This document shows, one piece after another, positions 1-10,100 of a DNA stretch of 64,000 bases. Under the pieces are notes generated by a model. That model made no database searches. It saw nothing but the letters and a program-made list of their open reading frames with translations, and was not told the origin of the DNA. How positions within the stretch are numbered: the first letter of the stretch is position 1; every line of letters begins with the position of its first letter. Location: the NCBI GenBank assembly GCA_942493265.1, contig OW818688.1, forward strand, positions 5,151,147 to 5,215,146, written 5' to 3'. The position numbers and the translations under genes are program-made. This DNA is from an uncultured Bacteroidota bacterium. GTDB lineage: Bacteria; Bacteroidota; Bacteroidia; Bacteroidales; UBA12481.

Positions 1-3000
1 TTTATCGTTACCATCCATGTAGTTGGAGAACGGTGAGCAAGGGCTGATGTTATAATCATCATTGAATTCAACAGTTGATCCAAAATGATTAACAACAGGT
101 AAGGTCAAAGGAATAGCATTTTCACATACATCACCATCGGTAGGATAAGTAACGTTAATGTTAAAATAGAATCCGTCATAAGCATACAGTGCGGTCGGGA
201 ATGACAGAGGCCAGAAAATGTAGATGGTTTCACCTGCATTAACTACGGTCTGAACACTCGAAGAAGCGCGGTTGTATACACAAGCACCTTCCATATCATC
301 ATGTGAACCAATCAGGGTTCCTTCGCAATCTGAATAAACATACAGGAAAGTATCCCAAGCATATTCAGTTCCAACGAGATCCTGGTGCGGATCGCAACTG
401 GTTACCTGTACAATCGAGAATTTATCAGCGGTGTACTTGAACCAGGTGTTCTGACTTGGAGCATAGTTCTGTCCTTTTTCTGCAACAGCAGCAGTGTAGC
501 AGCTAAGACCTTCACCTGAAAGGGCGATTTCGTAGGTCATATCACTGTACAAGCCATAGGTAACAACAATTTTACCAGTTTTAACACCAATATCGGTAGG
601 TTTGAAATCTACTGAGAAGGCGCATTCTGATCCGGCGTTACCAAGAGTATAAGCCCATGTTCCAGGACCATCTGTTACTTCCATCGGATAAACGTTCGTA
701 TCAACTAGTGTGAATGAAGTTCCAACAACTTCAACTTTCTTAATTTTCAGGACGCTGATACCAGCATTCTTCAAACTGAAGGCCAAAGTTCCGGTAGCAC
801 CAACCTGAACACCACCGAAAGCACCTGGGTTAGGTGTTCCAACGATGATCGGAGTAGTGATACGGTCCTGGATACACATGTTGTCAATACCCCAATAATA
901 ATACTCATTATTGACACAACCAGCTTCGAATTTGAACCATACCGACTGGCCACTGAAAGCGGACAGTGAAATGTTTCTTGTTCTCCAAGGATCATTTCTG
1001 CTAAGGCTCGGGTCAACTACTGGCATACTGGCTGTATTAACAGTTTCCAGTAAAGTCCAGGTAACTCCGTTAGTAGAAACATAAATATTCAGAGGGCTAT
1101 TGGCTACACCACCAGAATTAGGATTGGCAGCATTAGCTCCTGTATTGAAATCAGTAAAGGTAGCCTCTACAAAGCTCAATACTGGATCAGCTCCGGTAAT
1201 AGCGAAACCTGGTGTGAAAAGATAAGCTGGCCTTCTTGCGACAGCTGTAGCTTCTCTCGGTCTCAGAATCATAGGAACTGAGGTGTCGAAAGTAAACCAT
1301 GCGGTTGAAGGATAAACAGACAACCTGCTACCATTTTCCGGGTTAGGTTCCCATCCGTTGTAACTACCCATGCCGCCAGTGGGGAATGGATCGTTGAAGT
1401 TCTGGCAATAAGGAATAGCATTGATAATAGCGGTTTTTCCGTTGATAGGAACAACCAAAGTTTTACCAGTACCATATTCAACAATCAGATTAGTTGTTTC
1501 GTCACCTGCATTAAGCGGGCAGAATGAAATAGTAACCTGTTTGCTGGTCCAAGTAGCCAAAGTGAAAGGAACTGCCGGAGGATTAACGATGTTAAATTCG
1601 TCAACAGCGGCATTGTCATCAAGATAGAGAGCGGTAATACTGCTATTACCAACACCTTCGTTGAAAATAGTAACAACGATCGATTTGCAGGTGGTCGGCA
1701 GAACGCCTTCTACACTTGCAGGATTCGGGTTGGCAGTGATAACCGGAGCAGTTAATACTACGATGTCAGCGGCTTTCCGAGGTGTGATCAAACCATATAC
1801 AGAACCCCAGTTTACGTTGGTACGAATACCGGTATAGTAAGCTGGCAAGGTTGGGATAGCAGTTCCGATTAATGAACTGTTGAATACACTCTGAATGTAG
1901 TATTCATATCCGCCCATAGCATTGGTGGTAGCAAGGTCAGAAGCATGTCCGGCATTGAACATCCAATTCGGGTGAATAGCATCATAGTCATCAAATGCGA
2001 TCATCGGAGTGGTAATGGTTACCAGCATCGATTCGTATTTTTTGGCTGAACCTGAACCATAACAATCAGCTTTGAACTGATCCCAGGTAAGGTTAATCGG
2101 AGCAACTACGTTACCGGTAGAACTCTGAGTTGGAGCATAGCAGCAATCAGGAATAAAGGTAAGGTCAACACCGCTGTTGTCTAACAAACCACGGAGATTG
2201 GTCAAACCTGTACCCACGTTGTAAGCCACTTTAAGGCCATTCAATTTGTCAACGATTTTAATACCACAGGTTGCATCCTGAACATATTTCAGGTTACCAC
2301 CGGTACGGGTTTCTTCGTATGTAACGAATACTTCACCGGTAAGGGTATAACGATAAACCATTGGCTGACCGCGAAGGTCGCAAAGGGTAGCAACTTCAAC
2401 ATCGCAGATGTCAAGATATAATCTCTGATCGCTGATGCAGCTGATGTTACCTGATTTGTCAACTGAGAAAGCATAGTAAATACCACTGTACAGACCATTG
2501 GTCTTAACAAAAACGGTATCGTTAGCGTTTGCAATAGCAGCATAAGCACCCATACGGTCAGCAACCATTTTAGCAACACTGGTAGCAACTGAAGTTGTTC
2601 CAGTCATGTCTGCCAAATTGTAATAAGGCAACAGGTTGGTAATTTTGCTTGCGTTTACGATGAATACATATCCAGCTTCGTTTGATTTAACAGCAACACT
2701 GTCAAGGCAGTTGTATGCCATAACACTCCAGGTTGTAACAACCGGAAGAGTAACATCCTGGTATTTAATGCAAATAGTCCAATCCTGAGTAACAGTCTCG
2801 TCCTGAGCTTTAACTACGCAAGTATGGCACATATTTTCGCTGAAGTCAATTGCAGTTCCTGCGCAACCTTCAACGTTGCAGCAAATGCTTGCACCGCAGC
2901 TGAGAGTTGTACTGGCGAACAGAGATTTCAGAGAAGTATTCGGTTTAACAGTAACCCAGATGGTATGATCAGTTGTATTGATAACTGAAGCACCAACCTG

Positions 3001-6000
3001 CCATGAAGCAGTAGAACTACCTTCAACAAAATTCCAGCTTAAAATATCGGTGTCAACACATGGTGGGTTAACAACTGATACCATCCAGTCAGCTTTTGTA
3101 ACTCCGTCAGGAGCTGTTACGGTGTACTTAACCGGACCGTTGGTCCAGTTCTGTGCAGCGGTAACTGCCGGGCTGATTGTAGCGCCGTTAGCAATACCGA
3201 TAACAGAAGGAGCCAGACTTGCGAGGCTGATTGCTGCACCGTTTGCATTTTTGTTAGGAAGTTTTACAATGATACGACGTGCATAGGAGTCAATCGTAGT
3301 TCCTAAACCGCAACCACAACCGGTGGTGGAGAAGGTGAACTGTGAAATACCTGTGTTTACGTCAGGAGTAATATGTACAGTTACAAAGTATTCAACTGAT
3401 GAGCAACTTTCTGACCAAACGGTATAAGCTACCGGAGTGGTGAAATCGTTAGGTGTAACACCAGATGTTTGCAATACCTGAATATCTTCAGAATGGGTCA
3501 TTTCTGCACCACTCGAAAGAGTAAATGAAGCAACCAAACCGTTCAGATTGGTAGCCCATGGTACCCATACGTCAACAGTTTTTGCAACTTCGTTAATAGT
3601 AGAAGAAGTAGCTACACTGAAATTGTAAGTCAGGATCTTCTTTTCACCATTAACAGGGCGTACGGTAACTGTAACAGTATATACAGTAGTTGAACCATCC
3701 TGAGCAGTTACCGTGAAGGCAACCGGACTGGAGAAGTCATGAGTGGTAGCCGGGTTCGGACTAACAGTAGCAGTAGCAGGAATTGCAAAGGCAACATTGA
3801 GGTTAGTCAATACAGTCCCAGCTTTTACGCTAATGTTAATAGCATTACCCGTGCGTGTTACAACACCCAATGCAGCAGGAGTTTCGCTCAACCCGTAAGT
3901 CAGGTTAGAGAAGCAACGTGGCAAACCGGTAACAACAAAGTTATTCAACCATTTGTCGGTTGCCGGCGGGGTGTTCTTAACATATACATTATAATAAGCT
4001 TCATTGCCATTCTGTGCAACTACGGTATAAGTAACGGCATTGGTATAGTTATTACCTGGACCTTCACCTGAACACTTCAGGGTCTTGTCGGTAAGATCCG
4101 GACCGTTAATAAATACACAAGCCATAGGTGAATGCGTAAAACTGGAGATCAGGTTAGTCAGACTAACACCGTAAGGCAGTTCAATATCAATACGCAAAGT
4201 TGTATGGTCGATCGGAGTCAGAGTCCATGCATCGGCAGTCAGACTATTATTATCAGCTTCGAAACCGAAGGTAAGCAGCTGAGTTCCGGAAAGGGCAGCA
4301 GCTCTTACGAATTTGATTCTGTAAGCTTTCGTGGCAACACCGTCAGCAGCAGTAACAGTAAGAGGAATCCAGGTATCAACGGTAGCACTGGTAATTGTAG
4401 TCAGTGCAGGTGATACGGTTGCTCCGAGTGAAACTTCAGCAGCGATGTCAAAGTCTGAAAGATTGGTTCCGAAAGGAACAGTAACAGTAATATCGGTACC
4501 TACGAAAGAAACTGAACCGGAAGCCGGCGTACCCTCTTCGCAGCTTTCGCAATTCTGATATTCCAGACCTGCAAAAGTTAAACCGGTAATATCATTACCT
4601 GCATTCGGATCAACGATAACCGTTACAAAATACTCAACCGTGTTGCAAGCTTCATCGTATACGGTGAAAGCAGCAGGTGTAGTATAATTGATCGGGCTCA
4701 ATCCGCTGGTCTGCGGAACGCGCAGGTCAAGATTCTCTTCTGAGTGAGTTAATCTTGCATACATATCATTCAGGGTGAAAGTAGCTTTCAAACCGGTAAC
4801 GTCAGTTCCATAAGGAACATGAACGGTGATGGTTTTGGCAGTCTGATCAATAGCACCTGAGTGAATCATATGTAACTGCATGTTGCCGGTTCCGGCAGGA
4901 GATACATAAGGATCAAATGAGAAAGTGGTAATCTGCTTCAGAGTACTTGGAACAACCCAGTTCGGGGTGATCGTGTAATCAACAGCATCACCACTCTGTG
5001 AAGTGATTGTAATGGTCAACGGAGTGTTTCCAACCGGAGTCCAGGTAACAGGCGAAGTATGACTTGCAGTTGCCAGAGCCGGGATGGTGAAGCTTACGGT
5101 CAGTTCTATTCCGGCATCGCGAACGTTGCGCAGACGAACGACATAAGCAGGACTGGCTCCGGTGATCTCGCTGGTAAGGGAATTGGTCAGACAGTCAGCC
5201 TGTCCGGATATTGCCAAACCGGTAAGTTCATTGTGGGTATCAGCAGGTACAAAAGTTACTACAACATTGTAATAGCCTTCAGTGGTACCATCCTGAGCAA
5301 CAACGGTATAAGTCAAAGGTCCGGTGAAATCATTTACAGTAACACTGGTAGTCTGACGAGCTTGGTCAGTGATGCCAGGTCCGTTAATGAAAACACATGA
5401 ATTGGGTGAACTCGTAAATGAAGCAACCAGTTCGGTTACATCAGTTCCCCAGGGAACTACGAGGTCAATCCTGTGAGTTGATTCATCAACATCACCAGTA
5501 ACGTTAGCGGGAATAACACCAGCATTGTCAGCAGCTAAAAAGTTAAAAGTTAAAATCTTGGCTTCTGTACTTGGTGGTCCTACATTGATGGTAACGGTAT
5601 ATACTTTCTGTGAAATGCCGTTAGCGGCAGTCACGGTAATAGTAAAAGGTACACCGTCAACGGCGCTGGTTACAACAGGAGCATAGGTAGCTCCTACAGG
5701 AATAACCGGGGTCAGATCAAAATCTGACAGGTCAGTTCCGTAAGGAACAGTTAATGTAAGCATAGTAGGTGGAACCAATGAACCAGGTTCGCCATTCAAG
5801 GTGAAATCACCTTCGTAAGGCATACTTGAATCATCACATGTTTCCAGAACTGTACCGGCAAACTGCAGTGAACTGATATCATTACCTGCATTAGGAGCAA
5901 CGGTAACAACTACAAAATATTCCAAAGTTCCGCAACCCTGATCGTAAACGGTAAAAGCTACCGGATCAGTGTAGTTATTCTGAGTTGTTCCACTAACCTG

Positions 6001-6996
6001 ACGCAATTTTGAATCTTCTGAGTGAGTCAATATAGCATATTGATCAGTCAGGGTAAATTGTGCGGCAAGATTGGTAACGTTGGTACCGTAAGGAACAGTA
6101 ACTGCATAGGTTTTGGTAGCATTGTCAAGGGTACCTGGAGCAACAAAGTTACCCGGACCAACAACTTTAGGAACTAAAAGGTCGAAAGTAGCAAGAGTCT
6201 TAATGTTGCTTGGAGTTACCCAGTTGGCATAAAAACGATACTGAGCAGTTGTCAGGTCCTGAGCGGTTACGGTCACAATATAAGGACCGGTTGCACTGAT
6301 ACCGAAGTTATAGGTGGATCCGGAAATCGGACTAACACCAGGAGCAGGAAGTACATCTGTAACAACAGTGTAGTTAAAGGTCAGATCTTTATTGCCATCA
6401 GGTCCGGTGAGGAGAGTGATGGTGTAATCAGCGCCACCCAGTGCATTGGCAACAGGAGCACTTACAGCAGTAGTTCTTGCATCACCGTAGCAATCAACTA
6501 AACCAGTAATACTGGTCAGGCTGAGGGTTTTAGTAGATGTAGGAGGAGTATTACTTACCGTTACCATGTAGTTCTCCATGTCATTGGCTGATCCTAATAC
6601 GGTTAACCAGAATTGGTTACCTGCAATCGAAGGATCGTCAGTGGAGTAAACAATGGTACTGGTTCCTGATACCAAAGCAGCAGGAAGTCCGGTGTAAAGT
6701 CCGCCATACTGTGCAGTTCCGATGAAATGCAGCGAGGCGCCAGGAGATACCGTAAAAGTGGTAACCCTTGGATCAGTCAGGGTAGTGACGTCAGTGTAAT
6801 ACGGAACCCGAAGGTCGATCGTATTGGTCACGTTGTCAATCCCGCCAGGTCCGAGCGTAATAGCAGGAGTACCGGCAGCCGAGAAGGTGAGCACCTCCGA
6901 CAGCTGTCCGTAACCCGCTTTACTACCCACTGTTACGAATGTCAGCACGAATGCAAACATCCACAACAGTCGTCCTAAACGTAGGTGTTTAAACAT
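1..6996 (-). CDS. Giant secreted cell-surface repeat protein, paralogue 1 (N-terminus complete, C-terminus beyond the left window edge; 2332 codons in window, about 2505 aa predicted if collinear)
   Basis: Absent from the ORF track because no stop codon lies in the window. The ATG is at complement 6996-6994, with an in-frame stop 4 codons upstream (7009-7011). I read all 2332 in-frame triplets and found no reverse-complement stop (TTA/CTA/TCA). The N-terminus translates to MFKHLRLGRLLWMFAFVLTFVTVGSKAGYGQ.., a signal peptide matching MSKHLRLGKLLWMFGFVLTF of the neighbour. Positions 1-42 encode PCSPFSNYMDGNDK, identical to residues 2467-2480 of the neighbour. Collinear match offsets to 7186..15147 (7707, 7581, 7593 and 8151 nt) are all multiples of 3. 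Confidence 0.92.
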   Translation of the reverse strand, partial: MFKHLRLGRLLWMFAFVLTFVTVGSKAGYGQLSEVLTFSAAGTPAITLGPGGIDNVTNTIDLRVPYYTDVTTLTDPRVTTFTVSPGASLHFIGTAQYGGLYTGLPAALVSGTSTIVYSTDDPSIAGNQFWLTVLGSANDMENYMVTVSNTPPTSTKTLSLTSITGLVDCYGDARTTAVSAPVANALGGADYTITLLTGPDGNKDLTFNYTVVTDVLPAPGVSPISGSTYNFGISATGPYIVTVTAQDLTTAQYRFYANWVTPSNIKTLATFDLLVPKVVGPGNFVAPGTLDNATKTYAVTVPYGTNVTNLAAQFTLTDQYAILTHSEDSKLRQVSGTTQNNYTDPVAFTVYDQGCGTLEYFVVVTVAPNAGNDISSLQFAGTVLETCDDSSMPYEGDFTLNGEPGSLVPPTMLTLTVPYGTDLSDFDLTPVIPVGATYAPVVTSAVDGVPFTITVTAANGISQKVYTVTINVGPPSTEAKILTFNFLAADNAGVIPANVTGDVDESTHRIDLVVPWGTDVTELVASFTSSPNSCVFINGPGITDQARQTTSVTVNDFTGPLTYTVVAQDGTTEGYYNVVVTFVPADTHNELTGLAISGQADCLTNSLTSEITGASPAYVVRLRNVRDAGIELTVSFTIPALATASHTSPVTWTPVGNTPLTITITSQSGDAVDYTITPNWVVPSTLKQITTFSFDPYVSPAGTGNMQLHMIHSGAIDQTAKTITVHVPYGTDVTGLKATFTLNDMYARLTHSEENLDLRVPQTSGLSPINYTTPAAFTVYDEACNTVEYFVTVIVDPNAGNDITGLTFAGLEYQNCESCEEGTPASGSVSFVGTDITVTVPFGTNLSDFDIAAEVSLGATVSPALTTITSATVDTWIPLTVTAADGVATKAYRIKFVRAAALSGTQLLTFGFEADNNSLTADAWTLTPIDHTTLRIDIELPYGVSLTNLISSFTHSPMACVFINGPDLTDKTLKCSGEGPGNNYTNAVTYTVVAQNGNEAYYNVYVKNTPPATDKWLNNFVVTGLPRCFSNLTYGLSETPAALGVVTRTGNAINISVKAGTVLTNLNVAFAIPATATVSPNPATTHDFSSPVAFTVTAQDGSTTVYTVTVTVRPVNGEKKILTYNFSVATSSTINEVAKTVDVWVPWATNLNGLVASFTLSSGAEMTHSEDIQVLQTSGVTPNDFTTPVAYTVWSESCSSVEYFVTVHITPDVNTGISQFTFSTTGCGCGLGTTIDSYARRIIVKLPNKNANGAAISLASLAPSVIGIANGATISPAVTAAQNWTNGPVKYTVTAPDGVTKADWMVSVVNPPCVDTDILSWNFVEGSSTASWQVGASVINTTDHTIWVTVKPNTSLKSLFASTTLSCGASICCNVEGCAGTAIDFSENMCHTCVVKAQDETVTQDWTICIKYQDVTLPVVTTWSVMAYNCLDSVAVKSNEAGYVFIVNASKITNLLPYYNLADMTGTTSVATSVAKMVADRMGAYAAIANANDTVFVKTNGLYSGIYYAFSVDKSGNISCISDQRLYLDICDVEVATLCDLRGQPMVYRYTLTGEVFVTYEETRTGGNLKYVQDATCGIKIVDKLNGLKVAYNVGTGLTNLRGLLDNSGVDLTFIPDCCYAPTQSSTGNVVAPINLTWDQFKADCYGSGSAKKYESMLVTITTPMIAFDDYDAIHPNWMFNAGHASDLATTNAMGGYEYYIQSVFNSSLIGTAIPTLPAYYTGIRTNVNWGSVYGLITPRKAADIVVLTAPVITANPNPASVEGVLPTTCKSIVVTIFNEGVGNSSITALYLDDNAAVDEFNIVNPPAVPFTLATWTSKQVTISFCPLNAGDETTNLIVEYGTGKTLVVPINGKTAIINAIPYCQNFNDPFPTGGMGSYNGWEPNPENGSRLSVYPSTAWFTFDTSVPMILRPREATAVARRPAYLFTPGFAITGADPVLSFVEATFTDFNTGANAANPNSGGVANSPLNIYVSTNGVTWTLLETVNTASMPVVDPSLSRNDPWRTRNISLSAFSGQSVWFKFEAGCVNNEYYYWGIDNMCIQDRITTPIIVGTPNPGAFGGVQVGATGTLAFSLKNAGISVLKIKKVEVVGTSFTLVDTNVYPMEVTDGPGTWAYTLGNAGSECAFSVDFKPTDIGVKTGKIVVTYGLYSDMTYEIALSGEGLSCYTAAVAEKGQNYAPSQNTWFKYTADKFSIVQVTSCDPHQDLVGTEYAWDTFLYVYSDCEGTLIGSHDDMEGACVYNRASSSVQTVVNAGETIYIFWPLSFPTALYAYDGFYFNINVTYPTDGDVCENAIPLTLPVVNHFGSTVEFNDDYNISPCSPFSNYMDGNDK

Positions 6997-7133
6997 AATG
7001 TTAAAAAATTAAAGTTAAAAATTAGAATTAAAGTTACTTACTATTTCTATTCAAGATCGCAAGGCGCGGATACACCACTCCCTACAATGTGGCTAAAGTA
7101 TATATTATCTACAATACTTGCAAATATTTACAT

Positions 7134-7162
7134 AAAAAAAAGCCCCGGAGTGATCCGGGGCT
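7134..7162 (-). terminator. Rho-independent terminator of the 2653-aa gene, separating the two giant paralogues
   Basis: Perfect 9-bp stem AGCCCCGGA / TCCGGGGCT (7141-7149 and 7154-7162) with a 4-nt loop. It is followed on the minus strand by a U-run (A-run 7134-7140 on the plus strand). It lies 24 nt downstream of the TAG at 7186-7188. Confidence 0.8.
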
Positions 7163-7185
7163 CTCTTTTATATTAGAAGCAGTAC

Positions 7186-10100
7186 CTACTGAATAACTAC
7201 TTTTTCGATTTTAACACCTTTACCGTTATTTACTTTCAGGTAATAAACACCTTTTGCAAATGTGGTAGCGTCAATATCTTCATTGTAGCTGTAAGCAGCT
7301 TTTACTTCGTTGCGATAAACAACCTGTCCTGAAATGTTAACCAGTTCAAGGGTCATGTCCAGAGCTTCAGTATTGCTGATGCTTACCGTAAACTTACCGT
7401 TTGTCGGGTTAGGATAAACGTTCAGGTTACTCATCAGTTCGCTGTTGTCGACACCTGTTCCACGGAAACTCATGTTTAACAGATAATCAACAGTCTGCGG
7501 AGGTGACCAGGTTGAAATGATAACAAAATAGGTACCGGCAGCAATCTTCTTCTCATTCTGTCCGCCGTTTGGTCCGCCGATAAAGAGCTTGCAATGGAAT
7601 TTCTCCAAAGTTTCGGTCGGGCAAATATCCAATACGTGAACTGAACCGTAAGCGCCAAGGATGTTAGCCGTCAAGTAACCTTCGTAAGGTAAGCTGATGG
7701 TGTAAACCTTGTCGTTACCATCCATGTAATTGGAGAATGGTGAACACGGGGATACGTCGTAGTCATCGTTGAAGCCACGGGTGGTTCCAAAATGATTGAC
7801 AACCGGCAGGGTCAGAGGAATTGCATTTTCGCAAACGTCACCATCAACCGGATAGCTGACGTTGATGTTGAAATAGAATCCTTCATAAGCATGCTGTGCG
7901 GTCGGGAATGACAGCGGCCAGAAAATGTAGATGGTTTCACCTGCATTAACGGTGGTCGTTACACTCGAGGAAGCGCGGTTGTATACACAAGCACCTTCCA
8001 TGTCATCATTCGATCCAATCAGGGTGCCTTCGCAATCTGAATACAGGTACAGGAAAGTATCCCATGCATATTCATCGGTTACGAGATCCTGATGGGCATC
8101 ACAACTGGTAACTTCAACAATCGAGAATTTATCAGCGGTGTACTTGAACCAGGTATTCTGGCTCGGAGCATAGTTCTGTCCGATGGTTGCTTCTGCGGCG
8201 GTGTAGCAGCTCAAACCTTCACCCTTCATCGGGATTTCAATGGTTTGCTCATTATACAATCCGTAGGTGATAACAATCTTACCAGTTTTTGCACCGATGT
8301 CAGTCGGGGAGAAGGTCACATCAAATTCTACACTCTCTTTTCCATTGATGGAATAAGCATAGTATCCATTGTTGGTCACTTCAACCGGATAGGTATTGGT
8401 ATCGGTTAATCCGAATACGCTCGGAGCAACGATGGCCGTACCTTTAACTTTCAGAATGCTGACGCCTTTATTAATTAAAGTTACGTGAATGGTACCGGTT
8501 TGTCCAACCTGTACGCCACCGAAATCAGCGATAAGCGGTGTGACAGACGGAATCGGAGTAGTCACCTGTTCCTGAATCAATACGTCATCCACCCCAAAGT
8601 AGTTACCCTGTGCAGAGTAGAACCGAACATATACGATCTGACCTGCGAATGAACTCAGATCAACGGTATAGGTAGCGCTCTTGGCTACGCCCAGTGTATG
8701 CCATCCCCAATCTTTCAGGGTGGTCCAGTTGGTGTAGTCGGTGGAAATGTCCACGCGGAAATAGGAATCATAAACCGTTCCGTAGCGGAAGGTCAGAATC
8801 GGATGCGAAGCACCTCTCATGTCAATTCCAGGAGTGATCAGGTAGATCGGCTTGGCACTCTTTGGAGTGACCCATGACCAACCGTACAGATAACCGTTGT
8901 CAGCGGTCAACCCGTTGCCGTAGTTGCCGAAGATCAGGTTTTTGGAATTCCAGGCTGCAGGCGGTGTGCTTGCGTTGAAGTTTTCGCTGAATGGCAATGG
9001 GTAAATCAACATCGTGGTTCCGTTGATCGGAATACGAAGAACTTGACCTACACCATATTCTACTACCAGGTAAGTGGTTTTGTTACCAGCTACCGTCGGG
9101 CAGAAGTTAACCGTTACCGAATTGCTGGTCCAGGTACCCAGGGTAAAGGGAACAGCCGGAGGAGTTAACAGGTTGAATCCATCAGTAGCAGCGGCATCAT
9201 CCAGATACAGAGCGGTAATGGTGGCATTGCCAACACCTTCGTTGTAAATCTTGATATTAACCGTTCCGCACAGGCCAACCACTACACCGCCGATGAGGGC
9301 AGGATTCGGGTTGCCGGTGATAACCGGAGCCGTCAGCACAACAATGTCAGCAGCTTTCCGGGGAGTGATCAAACCGTATACCGAACCCCAGTTTACGTTG
9401 GTACGAATACCTGTGTAGTAAGCCGGAACCGTCGGAATCGGAGTACCGATCAGGGAACTGTTGAATTCGCTCTGAATGAAATATTCATATCCGCCCATGG
9501 CATTGGTGGTAGCAAGGTCAGAAGCATGTCCGACATTGAACATCCAGTTCGGGTGAATAGCATCATAGTCATCAAATGCAATCATCGGGGTGGTAATTTT
9601 TACCAGCATCGATTCGTACATTTTGGCACTTCCTGAACCATAGCAGTCAGCTTTGAACTGATCCCAGCTGAGTTCAATCGGGGCAACCACGTTGCCGGTA
9701 GTCGTCAGAGTCGGAGCATAGCAGCAATCCGGGATGAAAGTCAGATCAACACCACTGTTATCCAAGGTTCCGCGAAGGTTTTTCAGGCCCTGGCCTACAC
9801 CGTAGGATACTTTCATTCCATTCAGCTTGTCGACAATCTTAATCCCGCAGGTTGCATCCTGAACATATTTCAGGTTACCACCGGTACGGGTTTCTTCGTA
9901 GGTTACAAATACTTCACCGGTCAGGGTGTAGCGGTAAACCATCGGCTGACCACGCAGGTCGCACATCGTGGCCACCTCAACATCACAGATGTCAAGATAT
10001 ACACGCTGGGCACTGATGCAGCTGATGTTACCGGAGTTGTCTACGGAGTATGCATAGTAAATACCACTGTACAAACCACTGGTTTTTACATAAACGGTAT

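Noticed and set aside
2978-5400. Plus-strand ORFs inside giant gene 1 (2978..3286, 3739..4071, 4132..4413, 4331..4558, 5059..5400) have look-alike partners inside giant gene 2 (10637.., 11332.., 11725.., 12652..). The pairwise conservation and identical lengths (110 aa and 93 aa) could suggest overlapping antisense genes.
   Set aside because: They are antisense shadows of the long minus-strand ORFs. Their conservation is fully explained by the 7593-nt-offset paralogy of the sense genes. Their sequences are low-complexity (Ser/Gly/Arg/Thr-rich) with no recognisable motifs, and they lack their own promoter or start context.
6997-7185. A possible phase-variation or DGR-type switch controlling the giant paralogues (invertible promoter, template repeat plus reverse transcriptase).
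   Set aside because: There are no inverted repeats flanking the inter-paralogue region other than the terminator stem. There is no recombinase, invertase or reverse transcriptase gene anywhere in the window. The 63-aa ORF at 6985..7176 is AT-rich leader plus terminator sequence.
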